Positions 1-7,505 of a stretch of 12,706 nt of DNA are shown piece after piece. The DNA lies in contig JBEHXF010000049.1 in the NCBI GenBank assembly GCA_048498835.1, positions 1 to 12,706 on the forward strand. The letters are read 5' to 3'. The position numbers were made by a program, and so were the translations under genes. Numbering within the stretch: position 1 is the stretch's first letter; every line of letters starts with the position of its first letter. This DNA is from Chlamydiota bacterium. Its GTDB lineage: Bacteria; Chlamydiota; Chlamydiia; Chlamydiales; SM23-39. The notes beneath the pieces were generated by a model. The model was not told the origin of the DNA, did not search any database, and was given only the letters and a program-made list of their open reading frames with translations.

Positions 1-30
1 GAGGGGCGGAGGGCTTCCCTCCGCTCTTTT
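1..30. terminator. GC-rich hairpin immediately downstream of xseB; possible intrinsic terminator or repeat unit
   Basis: Perfect stem GCGGAGGG (6-13) / CCCTCCGC (17-24) with a CTT loop, followed by TCTTTT on +. The minus-strand tail falls outside the window. Confidence 0.5.
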
Positions 31-297
31 CTAGAAGGGGAGTTCCTGGTGACGGCCAAAAGATTCTGTCTTTGGCTTTTGCTCTGCATCGAGGACCACT
101 TCGCCACGCTGTTTAATGAGCGCTTCGATCTTTTGCTCGGAAGAGGTAAGGCGTGTATTGCAGGTGCGGATGAGCTTTTCTGCTTCTTCAAAGAGCTTGA
201 GCGATTCTTCCAAAGGCGTTTTGCCATTGTTCATTTTTTCTAAAATTTGCTCGAGCCTCTCAAATGCTTGCTCAAAAGATTGAGTTTCTTGTGCCAT
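31..297 (-). CDS. xseB: Exodeoxyribonuclease VII small subunit
   Basis: 88 aa with the typical SFEQAFERLEQILEKM..LEESLKLFEEA..L...C...L...EQKI pattern. Overlaps the 3' end of xseA by 26 nt. Confidence 0.95.
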   Translation of the reverse strand: MAQETQSFEQAFERLEQILEKMNNGKTPLEESLKLFEEAEKLIRTCNTRLTSSEQKIEALIKQRGEVVLDAEQKPKTESFGRHQELPF

Positions 298-1621
298 GGG
301 TCACGGTTTCCACTGTTGCGCTCACTGTGCCATCGTGCAAGAGAGCTTTGATTGTTTGTTTTGGGGTGAGATTGTCTGCAGAAAGGATCAGAGACTGGGT
401 GTTTTCTGCAAAGAGGATGGCGTAGCCCTGTTTCATCAGATGTTTTGGGTGAATTGAACGGAAGTGCTCTTCCAAGCGGACGAGCTTTTCGCGCCGTTGG
501 CGAAGGAGCTCAGCAGCTGAACGAGCGAGGCGATCGGAAAAGGGTTTAAGCCGCACTTTCCATTGAGCGACTTGTTGAGAGGGCTCGAGAAGAGCTAGCT
601 GTTTCGAATAGGAGGCGAGGAGGGACCGTTTTTGTTCGAGTTTGAGGCGAAGAGAGAGGTCGAGATCCTCGCGCATGGCATCGAGTTGCTGCATCGGTTG
701 GGAGAGGAGGGTGAGGGGAGCGGAGATCAGGGGATGGCGGCGAAGGGCTTGGAGTTTTTGCCGCGTATTGGCGATGTGCTGTTTCACTCGCTGGGTAGCC
801 AAGGCTTCTACTTGGGAGAGGAACTTAAGGAGGTTAGCCTTTTCGGCGATGGCGATTTCAGCGGCGGCGGATGGAGTGGGCGCGCGAACATCGGCGACCC
901 AATCGGCAATGGTGAAATCGGTCTCGTGTCCGACTGCTGAAATAATCGGGATACGAGAATCGAAAATCGCTTTAGCGACGATCTCTTCATTAAAAGCCCA
1001 GAGATCTTCGATGCTACCGCCTCCACGCCCCACAATGAGGACATCGGCTAGATTGTGGCGATTGAAGTCCTGAATGGCTTGGGCGATTTCTTGGGCTGCT
1101 CCGTCTCCCTGCACTTTCACCGGATTTAAAATCACTTGAAAGCCCTTAAAGCGGCGCGTCAAGATGTTGAGGATATCTTGAATTACAGCCCCTGTGGGAC
1201 TTGTCACAACGCCGATTCGCTTTGGCAGCTTGGGGAGGGGCTTCTTATGCTTCGGATCGAACCAGCCGCGTGCTGCGAGTTGTTCTTTGAGTTGGTGGAG
1301 TTTGAGAAGAAGTTCACCCACGCCCAAAAACTGAAGTTCTCGAACGACAATCTGATAGCTGCCACGCGGAGCGTAAAGGCTCAGTTCTCCTACGGCGATG
1401 ACTTGATCTCCTTCTTTGGGAAGGCGAGGAAGAGAGGCGGCGTTACCCTTGAATAGGACGGCGGAGATCTGCGCTCCAGCATCTTTTAAGCTAAAGTAGA
1501 GATGGCCCGAGGATTGCTGTTTAAAGTTGCTGATCTCTCCCTTCACAGAAATACCTCGAAAGGGAGGCTCTAAAACGGCTTTAATCGCAGAAGTGAGTTC
1601 GGTGACAGAGAGAACTTTCAT
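272..1621 (-). CDS. xseA: Exodeoxyribonuclease VII large subunit
   Basis: N-terminal OB fold (VKGEISNF..SGHLYFSLKD), then RIGVVTSPTGAVIQD, GRGGGSIEDLWAFN, SAVGHETD and PTPSAAAE motifs. Confidence 0.97.
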   Translation of the reverse strand: MKVLSVTELTSAIKAVLEPPFRGISVKGEISNFKQQSSGHLYFSLKDAGAQISAVLFKGNAASLPRLPKEGDQVIAVGELSLYAPRGSYQIVVRELQFLGVGELLLKLHQLKEQLAARGWFDPKHKKPLPKLPKRIGVVTSPTGAVIQDILNILTRRFKGFQVILNPVKVQGDGAAQEIAQAIQDFNRHNLADVLIVGRGGGSIEDLWAFNEEIVAKAIFDSRIPIISAVGHETDFTIADWVADVRAPTPSAAAEIAIAEKANLLKFLSQVEALATQRVKQHIANTRQKLQALRRHPLISAPLTLLSQPMQQLDAMREDLDLSLRLKLEQKRSLLASYSKQLALLEPSQQVAQWKVRLKPFSDRLARSAAELLRQRREKLVRLEEHFRSIHPKHLMKQGYAILFAENTQSLILSADNLTPKQTIKALLHDGTVSATVETVTHGTRNSIF

Positions 1622-1628
1622 GAAAGAA

Positions 1629-1657
1629 AGATTAGAGGTTTAGTCAATAGAATTCAA
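1629..1657 (-). promoter_or_regulatory. Candidate sigma66 promoter of xseA
   Basis: Minus strand TTGAAT (1657-1652) - 17 nt - TAATCT (1634-1629), 7 nt before the ATG. No Shine-Dalgarno. Confidence 0.55.
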
Positions 1658-3802
1658 TCGCGGCTTCTTCAACGCGCTGCCACTGGCTGATTCTGCTGCA
1701 GATCGCTTTGATAAGAGGCAGAGTTGTCGGATATCTTGCGCCACCTCAAGCGGATCGAATTTAATAGCTAATTTTGAAAGCTTTGATTGAGCGTCTTTGT
1801 CGAGCTCTCGATCTTTTAAAAGTGCACAAACAATCTTCATGAGAGGGGCTGCTTGGTCGATGTCCATTTTTCCAAGTTTAATCGCGAAAGCTAAGAGGGT
1901 TTTGGTCGTAACGCGGTGAAAAGCGGGTCTTTTGAATACCTCCGTTAAAGAATTGTAGTCCCTTGGAAGCCGTTCTGTCAGTTGGATTGTAATTACATCG
2001 ACTTGAGGAGTCGTGATCTCATTAAATTTCGGATGATCGAGAATGGAAATAAAATAAGGAACGAAGAGGGATCCCGATTGAATCATACAGAGGAGTAATT
2101 CACCTAAGATAGGTCCTGAAAAAGAGGGGAAAAAAGGATGATTGCAAATCGAGGCAACAAAAGGCAAAGTTTTAATGCTTTGGTAAACTTTATTTGATTT
2201 TAAGAAGCAACTTAAAAGTGGTTGGGAAGGAATTTGCATAAGTTCTAAAAGAAATTCTAATTGTTTATCTGCTTCCTTAAATGCTTTCAGCTTATCGATC
2301 GCTTTGCTAAAGGCGTCCATAAATACATATTTCTTTGAAAGACTGGGAGTAACTTTCCATCTAGCCATAGCTTTTGATAGAAAGTTACGTATCGCTTCTT
2401 GATCGATCGACGAAGCTCGTTTAGAATTCAAAATTTCAAATACTGGGGCATCGTTTTCCTGCTGAACGAATTCATTGAATTTACTATTCAAAAGAGCGTC
2501 GGGGAGAATCCGTTTGCCGCATGAATTGATTATAAGGCTTAAAGTTACATCTTCTGCGGAGAAAACTTTTGCCCACAGCAGAGATTTGTCGAGGGTGCGT
2601 ACACGAGGGTGTTCCAGCAAAGTGTGGAATATTTTGTTGTGTGGATCATTTATCTCATCGTGTCTTTTTTTCTCTCTGCAAGCGGCTAAAAAGATATCGC
2701 CAATTTGTTCATCGGCGACATTGTCTATGCAAGAGGATAAAAACTCTCGGAAAAGGCCCAAACTTCCCTTCTGAATAATCTCGTTAAAACGGGAAGTGAG
2801 AAAGGGGGATTGTAAGTGATTTTTTAGAGGCGAATTAAGAAAGTAATGCGCGGCTTTTTGCTTATTTGACTGAATGATTTTATCAATTAAAGCAACTGCT
2901 TCCTGTGTACGAGGAGAGAAGATTTCGGAGCCAAATAGGAAAAGATCGCTTAAAGACTCCTCTTTTTGTTTTTGAATCGCATGTCCCAGCGCGGCTAGAA
3001 GGGTGCCACTTTGGTAGTGTGGCTCAAGAGAGCGAATCGTTTTCTTTAATGGATCTATGCATCCTCTTGCGGCGAGCCAGCAGCTGAGATCGTATTTCAG
3101 GGATGGAGAGAGGGTAGAAAATTGCTGATGGTTGATCGTTTGTTTCACAAGGCCAATCAACTGATTATCCATGCCGAAAAGCATTAAGTCTTGATACTCT
3201 TTAGGTCGACGAATGGAAGATAGGGTTCTTGCTCCGTCTGCCAATTCGTTTGCGTGGCTCATAGAAAATTCGAGAAGAGAACGATGTGCGAACCGATCGA
3301 AGCCATAATTTTCTTTTTTTATGTTTTTTACCGCTTCACTTGGGTCGCGATGATCGACAATGATTCCAATGATCTCTTCAACCATTACAGCGGGCTGAAT
3401 GGATTGAATAGTTTGTAGATCTGGAGAAGGAGCCAGGCTCTTGATTCTGAAGTACTCAGCAAGAGTCGGAAGCGATTCCATTAATGCAGCGTCATATTCA
3501 TCAAATCGGTGTTTTGTCCTCGGGTCTGAATAAAGGGCGAGCACGGCCTCATCATAGGCTTCAGCAAAGTCAGGCACTTCAAATACAAGACTCGGTCCAT
3601 TGTCTTGGGGAGCTTGTGGGATTTGTGGGATGAAAAAGGGGTAGATAGGTGCTTGGGAAGGATAACTCACTCGTGCAGGATCGATTGCTTGAAAAGGAAT
3701 CAATTGAGGAGGAGCAAATGGCACTGGGACTAGAGCTTGTAAGGGTCCAGGCGCAAAAACGTAGTAATTTGAAGGATAGTAAACTGAATTGTTGTTAATC
3801 AT
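1640..3802 (-). CDS. Hypothetical ~720-aa alpha-helical repeat protein, candidate secreted effector with C-terminal NLS-like motif
   Basis: Long open frame. The ORF track starts at TTG 3835, but ATG 3802 is preferred because a promoter-like element overlaps the TTG. Pro/Tyr/Gln-rich N-terminus, degenerate helical repeats, C-terminal KR-x11-KKPR. Confidence 0.8.
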   Translation of the reverse strand: MINNNSVYYPSNYYVFAPGPLQALVPVPFAPPQLIPFQAIDPARVSYPSQAPIYPFFIPQIPQAPQDNGPSLVFEVPDFAEAYDEAVLALYSDPRTKHRFDEYDAALMESLPTLAEYFRIKSLAPSPDLQTIQSIQPAVMVEEIIGIIVDHRDPSEAVKNIKKENYGFDRFAHRSLLEFSMSHANELADGARTLSSIRRPKEYQDLMLFGMDNQLIGLVKQTINHQQFSTLSPSLKYDLSCWLAARGCIDPLKKTIRSLEPHYQSGTLLAALGHAIQKQKEESLSDLFLFGSEIFSPRTQEAVALIDKIIQSNKQKAAHYFLNSPLKNHLQSPFLTSRFNEIIQKGSLGLFREFLSSCIDNVADEQIGDIFLAACREKKRHDEINDPHNKIFHTLLEHPRVRTLDKSLLWAKVFSAEDVTLSLIINSCGKRILPDALLNSKFNEFVQQENDAPVFEILNSKRASSIDQEAIRNFLSKAMARWKVTPSLSKKYVFMDAFSKAIDKLKAFKEADKQLEFLLELMQIPSQPLLSCFLKSNKVYQSIKTLPFVASICNHPFFPSFSGPILGELLLCMIQSGSLFVPYFISILDHPKFNEITTPQVDVITIQLTERLPRDYNSLTEVFKRPAFHRVTTKTLLAFAIKLGKMDIDQAAPLMKIVCALLKDRELDKDAQSKLSKLAIKFDPLEVAQDIRQLCLLSKRSAAESASGSALKKPRLNSID

Positions 3803-3815
3803 GGGAGTGTCAAAG

Positions 3816-3845
3816 ATTATATGTTTAATATCCAATTTATTTCAA
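3816..3845 (-). promoter_or_regulatory. Candidate sigma66 promoter of the 720-aa gene
   Basis: Minus strand TTGAAA (3845-3840) - 18 nt - TATAAT (3821-3816), 13 nt upstream of ATG 3802. Confidence 0.55.
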
Positions 3846-3878
3846 CGTTAAATATTATAAGTAATTATTTTAAATTTG

Positions 3879-3930
3879 TTGATTGAAAAAGGCTTTATAC
3901 ACTAGTCTTCCGCCTCGCAAAAAAAGGAGG
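3879..3930 (+). promoter_or_regulatory. Candidate promoter and strong RBS of the coiled-coil gene pair
   Basis: TTGATT (3879-3884) - 18 nt - TAGTCT (3903-3908). AGGAGG at 3925-3930 precedes ATG 3935. Confidence 0.4.
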
Positions 3931-3934
3931 CGCT

Positions 3935-4795
3935 ATGATTGCAATTAGCCCGTCCCTGCCAGAAGAAAAGGGGTGTTTAGAAGAACTCAAGGAATCAATT
4001 CTCTTGGGTTGGCATTTCGTCTGGGAGAAAGGGGGACTTGTTTTTCAGGGAATTACCCATCTATTTTTTCAAGCTGTAGGATTTTTCTATCCCGGTTTTG
4101 GCGATCGAGCAGAAGCCTGGTGGGGACACGTGACAACTGTCTGGACTCGGCTTCGAGCTGAATACCGTGAGGCAGGTCTACAACAATCGATCGGTGAAAT
4201 GCGTCAGCAGAACGCAGACCTCTCTTGCAGGTTGCAGGAATTAATTCCTCAAATCGATCAACTGAGGGAAGAGATATTACAACTTAAAGCAGAGAGAGAT
4301 TGTGCAATAAAAACAGAGGAAGAGTGTAGGCGAGCGCTCATCGCAGAAAGAGCAGCTCAAGTTCCTCTTCATGCTGATTTAAGTCATTTGACGCTTCAGT
4401 TAGATCTTCAGACAAAAGAGTGCGTTCGATTGAAAACAGTAAGCGATGAAGGGCGAGGCGAGCTGGCAACAGAGGTGGAAAAACGAATCTCCTTAGAAAG
4501 AGAATCGATCAAGCTGAAAGAACAGCATCGCGCTCTTAACTCTCAACTTGATCAAAAAATAGCTGAGTTAGAGCGATTAAAAGATACGCTTCGGACTCAT
4601 TCTTCTCTCGATACAGCGGTAAAAGGTGAAAATCGCGTGCTCCATGTTGAAAATGAGCATCTCAAGCGGGCGTTAGCAGAGGCAATTCAAGCGAGAAATG
4701 AAAGTCTAGCGGTTCAAAATCAATTAATCAGACAATTTAACGATTCATTATCCATACGACAAGAAGGAGAGACACTCTATGCTAAGCACAACTAG
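3935..4795 (+). CDS. Hypothetical coiled-coil protein with N-terminal aromatic/hydrophobic segment
   Basis: 286 aa with AGGAGG RBS. Residues ~21-72 are Trp/Phe/Gly-rich; the remainder is E/Q/K/R/L heptad-like. Confidence 0.8.
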   Translation: MIAISPSLPEEKGCLEELKESILLGWHFVWEKGGLVFQGITHLFFQAVGFFYPGFGDRAEAWWGHVTTVWTRLRAEYREAGLQQSIGEMRQQNADLSCRLQELIPQIDQLREEILQLKAERDCAIKTEEECRRALIAERAAQVPLHADLSHLTLQLDLQTKECVRLKTVSDEGRGELATEVEKRISLERESIKLKEQHRALNSQLDQKIAELERLKDTLRTHSSLDTAVKGENRVLHVENEHLKRALAEAIQARNESLAVQNQLIRQFNDSLSIRQEGETLYAKHN

Positions 4796-5594
4796 TACTG
4801 CAACCCAATCTCCTGTCTATACTCCAGCGCGAATGGATCAGTTAAACAGTCAGTTACAAAATGCTTCTAAATTGATCCAGATTTTGCAGCCGCAACTTCA
4901 GGCGCAGATGGCAAGGGCAGATAAACTTTCCAATGACCTTAATGAAGCGATCAAAGCCAAAGAATGGGTGATCGTCGAATGGTCTCAATTCAAAGATAAG
5001 GCAAAAGAAAGGCATCAAGTCTTAGAAGAGCAAATCGAGCAGCTCCGAAAAGAGGTGATCGACTCCAATAGCCGCTTGCAAGGGGTGGAAAGAGAGCGCG
5101 ATGAATTCATCGACAAAGGTAGAGAGTTACAAGCTCGTCAACAATATCTTGAACAAAATATTGAGGCGGCTAAAGCGGAAAGAGGTCAGCTGCTTCAAGA
5201 GATCCATAAAACTCAAACTGCTTTTGTCGAAGCGTTGGGAACGGTTGAGAACTTGAACGGTCAGATTTCACAATTGACGATTCAGTTACAGGCAAGAGAA
5301 GCTGAGCAGAACAGATTAAAGCAGGTGGCGACTCAGCAAAGACAGGCGGCTTTGACGGAAAAAGGGAAGCGATGGGATCTGCTTTTACAAGAGAGAAAAG
5401 ATTTTTACGAAATTGGGAACGTGAGTCTATTCGGTCAGTATCTCGATTCTTGGGTTCATTTCGATCCAAAGGGAAATCTTTTTTGGGAATCCATTTTACC
5501 CGATAGCTGGACAGGGCGAGCTTTTCCTAAAGAGGCCGAATTCCTTCAATTAAGCCGTGAATTGGGAAGGGCCATGCCGCCAAAATCTTCCTAG
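4779..5594 (+). CDS. Hypothetical coiled-coil protein with Ser/Thr-rich N-terminus and small Trp-rich C-terminal domain
   Basis: 271 aa. AAGGAG lies ~9 nt upstream of the ATG; 17-nt overlap with the previous gene. Residues ~18-197 are heptad-rich. Confidence 0.8.
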   Translation: MLSTTSTATQSPVYTPARMDQLNSQLQNASKLIQILQPQLQAQMARADKLSNDLNEAIKAKEWVIVEWSQFKDKAKERHQVLEEQIEQLRKEVIDSNSRLQGVERERDEFIDKGRELQARQQYLEQNIEAAKAERGQLLQEIHKTQTAFVEALGTVENLNGQISQLTIQLQAREAEQNRLKQVATQQRQAALTEKGKRWDLLLQERKDFYEIGNVSLFGQYLDSWVHFDPKGNLFWESILPDSWTGRAFPKEAEFLQLSRELGRAMPPKSS

Positions 5595-5622
5595 CAGAAG
5601 ATAACTTTGTGAATGTAGAGCT

Positions 5623-6501
5623 TTAGAAGTCGAATTCGCAGCTTGCGCCACCATAGATCGAACCACCTACACTGGTGTAGATCGGCTGGTGGCCTTGGGC
5701 ATTTTTCAGATAGTAGGAGCCGCCGAAATTGTAACCGACGTAAGCGTCCAATTCAAGACGGAGAAAACGCTCATAATGGGCATTGAGCTCACCGCCCATG
5801 GAACTGTAGTTAAAAATTGCGCGGGTTTCTGTCTTATTGTCATCTGTGCGGAAACGCTCTCTTAATGGACGGCCTTTCAATGAGAAGCGCCAGTTTTCTC
5901 CCACTTTGTATTGGATAGCGTAGTCGATGGGAAAGACAATGAGAAAGGTCCACTTTTTGTCCGGTGACCAATCCAGGCCAATCACGGGATACATCTGACG
6001 GCTTTCAAAGCCCGTATAACCAAATGCGCCGATATGATAGTGCCATTTACGATGAAACTCGTACGTTCCCCAAACTAGACCTTCAAAAAGGCCGTAATCG
6101 TGCGGCTCGCTAAAATGGTTGGTAGCGATATTATAACTACCCCGCATGATCCAACGCCACTTTTCAAACATCGTAGTGTAATAAGTCAGCGCAAATTGCA
6201 TGTAATTAAAAGTGTCTTGGCTGAATCGCGGATTCTTATCCCAGTTCAGCTTGAAATAGTTCCACTCAACGCGCGGGAAAAAGTAGGAAGTTTTGCTGAT
6301 CGGAAGGAGAACGGTGGTGTAGACATTGTATTTTTGGTAGTTGAGATGTCCCTTTTCCGGTACATCGCTAACGTCGGCGTTACCCAGTGCAATCGCGTTG
6401 GCCCCGAAGCGGAAAGGGTGAGCGTCCCAATAGGTGTAAGTTTTTTCTTCCTCTGCAAAGAGCGCTGAGCAAGCTAAGAGTAGAGTTGCAATTCGTTTCA
6501 T
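5623..6501 (-). CDS. Outer-membrane beta-barrel protein (possibly DUF6268-like)
   Basis: Sec signal peptide MKRIATLLLACSALFA, alternating aromatic-rich beta-strand pattern, C-terminal Phe (ASCEFDF) matching the BAM beta-signal. The family name is from recall and unverified. Confidence 0.8.
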   Translation of the reverse strand: MKRIATLLLACSALFAEEEKTYTYWDAHPFRFGANAIALGNADVSDVPEKGHLNYQKYNVYTTVLLPISKTSYFFPRVEWNYFKLNWDKNPRFSQDTFNYMQFALTYYTTMFEKWRWIMRGSYNIATNHFSEPHDYGLFEGLVWGTYEFHRKWHYHIGAFGYTGFESRQMYPVIGLDWSPDKKWTFLIVFPIDYAIQYKVGENWRFSLKGRPLRERFRTDDNKTETRAIFNYSSMGGELNAHYERFLRLELDAYVGYNFGGSYYLKNAQGHQPIYTSVGGSIYGGASCEFDF

Positions 6502-6521
6502 CTTTCCCAGACTAAAAGCTG

Positions 6522-6550
6522 AGCATACGAATGTATAAGATTTTATTCAA
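6522..6550 (-). promoter_or_regulatory. Candidate sigma66 promoter of the beta-barrel gene
   Basis: Minus strand TTGAAT (6550-6545) - 17 nt - TATGCT (6527-6522). GGGAAAG lies just before ATG 6501. Confidence 0.6.
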
Positions 6551-6616
6551 ACAGTTCTTTTATTCACAAAAACCGCTGAGTTGTGTATATAGTTTCAACT
6601 CAAAATGGAGAAGAAC

Positions 6617-6979
6617 ATGGAAATGAAAACAGTTTTAAGCGGCGCTGCTTTAAGTTATTTGGGACTCCATACTATTTTTAATACCGTTGTTGATAGTAAA
6701 GATTGGCTAGGAAGAGGTGTTTCTTCTGCTCCTGACGATTCTACCTGCAAGAAAATCAGCTGCTTTGTGGGAAGGGTATTAACGATGGTAGGAATCTTTT
6801 TCCTCGCCTTTGCTTCCTATAGTATAGGCTTACAACTTCTTTGGGCTAATCCTAACTGGGTCTTCTCTGTTGCATTGGAAGAGGCTGTTAAAAAATCTGC
6901 CACGGAGATCGGAATTGGTCTCAGTGCTTATCTCCTAGGTGAAGGAACAAGATATATAGCAGGAGATGGCGCGATCTGA
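6617..6979 (+). CDS. Small hydrophobic membrane protein, paralog A (~120 aa)
   Basis: GGAG at 6607-6610 favours ATG 6617 over 6605. Three hydrophobic segments; aligns without gaps to the downstream ORF. Confidence 0.85.
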   Translation: MEMKTVLSGAALSYLGLHTIFNTVVDSKDWLGRGVSSAPDDSTCKKISCFVGRVLTMVGIFFLAFASYSIGLQLLWANPNWVFSVALEEAVKKSATEIGIGLSAYLLGEGTRYIAGDGAI

Positions 6980-7052
6980 TTTCTTTTTCTTTCCAAAAAT
7001 AGCAAAAATTTTGTAAAAAATTAGGCTTCGCAAAAAAAAGCAAGGTAAAAAA

Positions 7053-7412
7053 ATGGGAATTGTAACAAAAGTAGTTGGCTGCGGTCTGAGTTGTGTGGGT
7101 CTAGATGCAATGTATACTTCTGCACTTGAGCCAAACAGATTCCTAGGTAGAGCTGTTAACCGGATTCCTAATGATACGTCCGTGAAGCAAATTAGCCGTT
7201 TTGTTGGAAGAATTCTAGCCATAGTCGGAATTTTTATCCTTGGCTGGACAGGATTGGCAGTTGGCGTGTCTTTAGTGAATACCGCCAGCGGAGTTTCGTA
7301 TGCTGTCGCTTTCAATAAGGCGCTTGCACTCCATTTGCCGGATGCGATCATAGGTCTTGGGAGCTACGTCGTCGGTGAGATCACAAGACGTCTCGGCGGA
7401 GAAATACCCTAA
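7053..7412 (+). CDS. Small hydrophobic membrane protein, paralog B (119 aa)
   Basis: Shares LSxxGL, LGRxV, KxISxFVGRxLxxVGIFxL and IGLxxYxxGExTR with paralog A. AAGGT upstream. Confidence 0.85.
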   Translation: MGIVTKVVGCGLSCVGLDAMYTSALEPNRFLGRAVNRIPNDTSVKQISRFVGRILAIVGIFILGWTGLAVGVSLVNTASGVSYAVAFNKALALHLPDAIIGLGSYVVGEITRRLGGEIP

Positions 7413-7443
7413 TCACGTCAATCGAGCTCGGGCACGGACTCAG

Positions 7444-7475
7444 GCACGGCCGCTTCGTGTTCCTTCTTTTTTTTT
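7444..7475 (+). terminator. Possible intrinsic terminator for paralog B
   Basis: Weak stem GCACGG/TCGTGT (two G-U pairs) followed by TCCTTC and a T9 run. Confidence 0.35.
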
Positions 7476-7505
7476 CGGTGTTCTCTGTGGTTTATTTTTT
7501 TGGGG

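Noticed and set aside
4760..4800. Possible frameshifted single gene or programmed frameshift joining the two coiled-coil ORFs
   Set aside because: The second ORF has its own AAGGAG and ATG, and no slippery run is visible. Coupled separate genes is the simpler reading.
6617..7412. Toxin-antitoxin, SMR or Fluc (CrcB) pair
   Set aside because: The genes are paralogs separated by 73 bp. They lack the SMR TM1 Glu motif and the Fluc GxxGxxTTFS motif.
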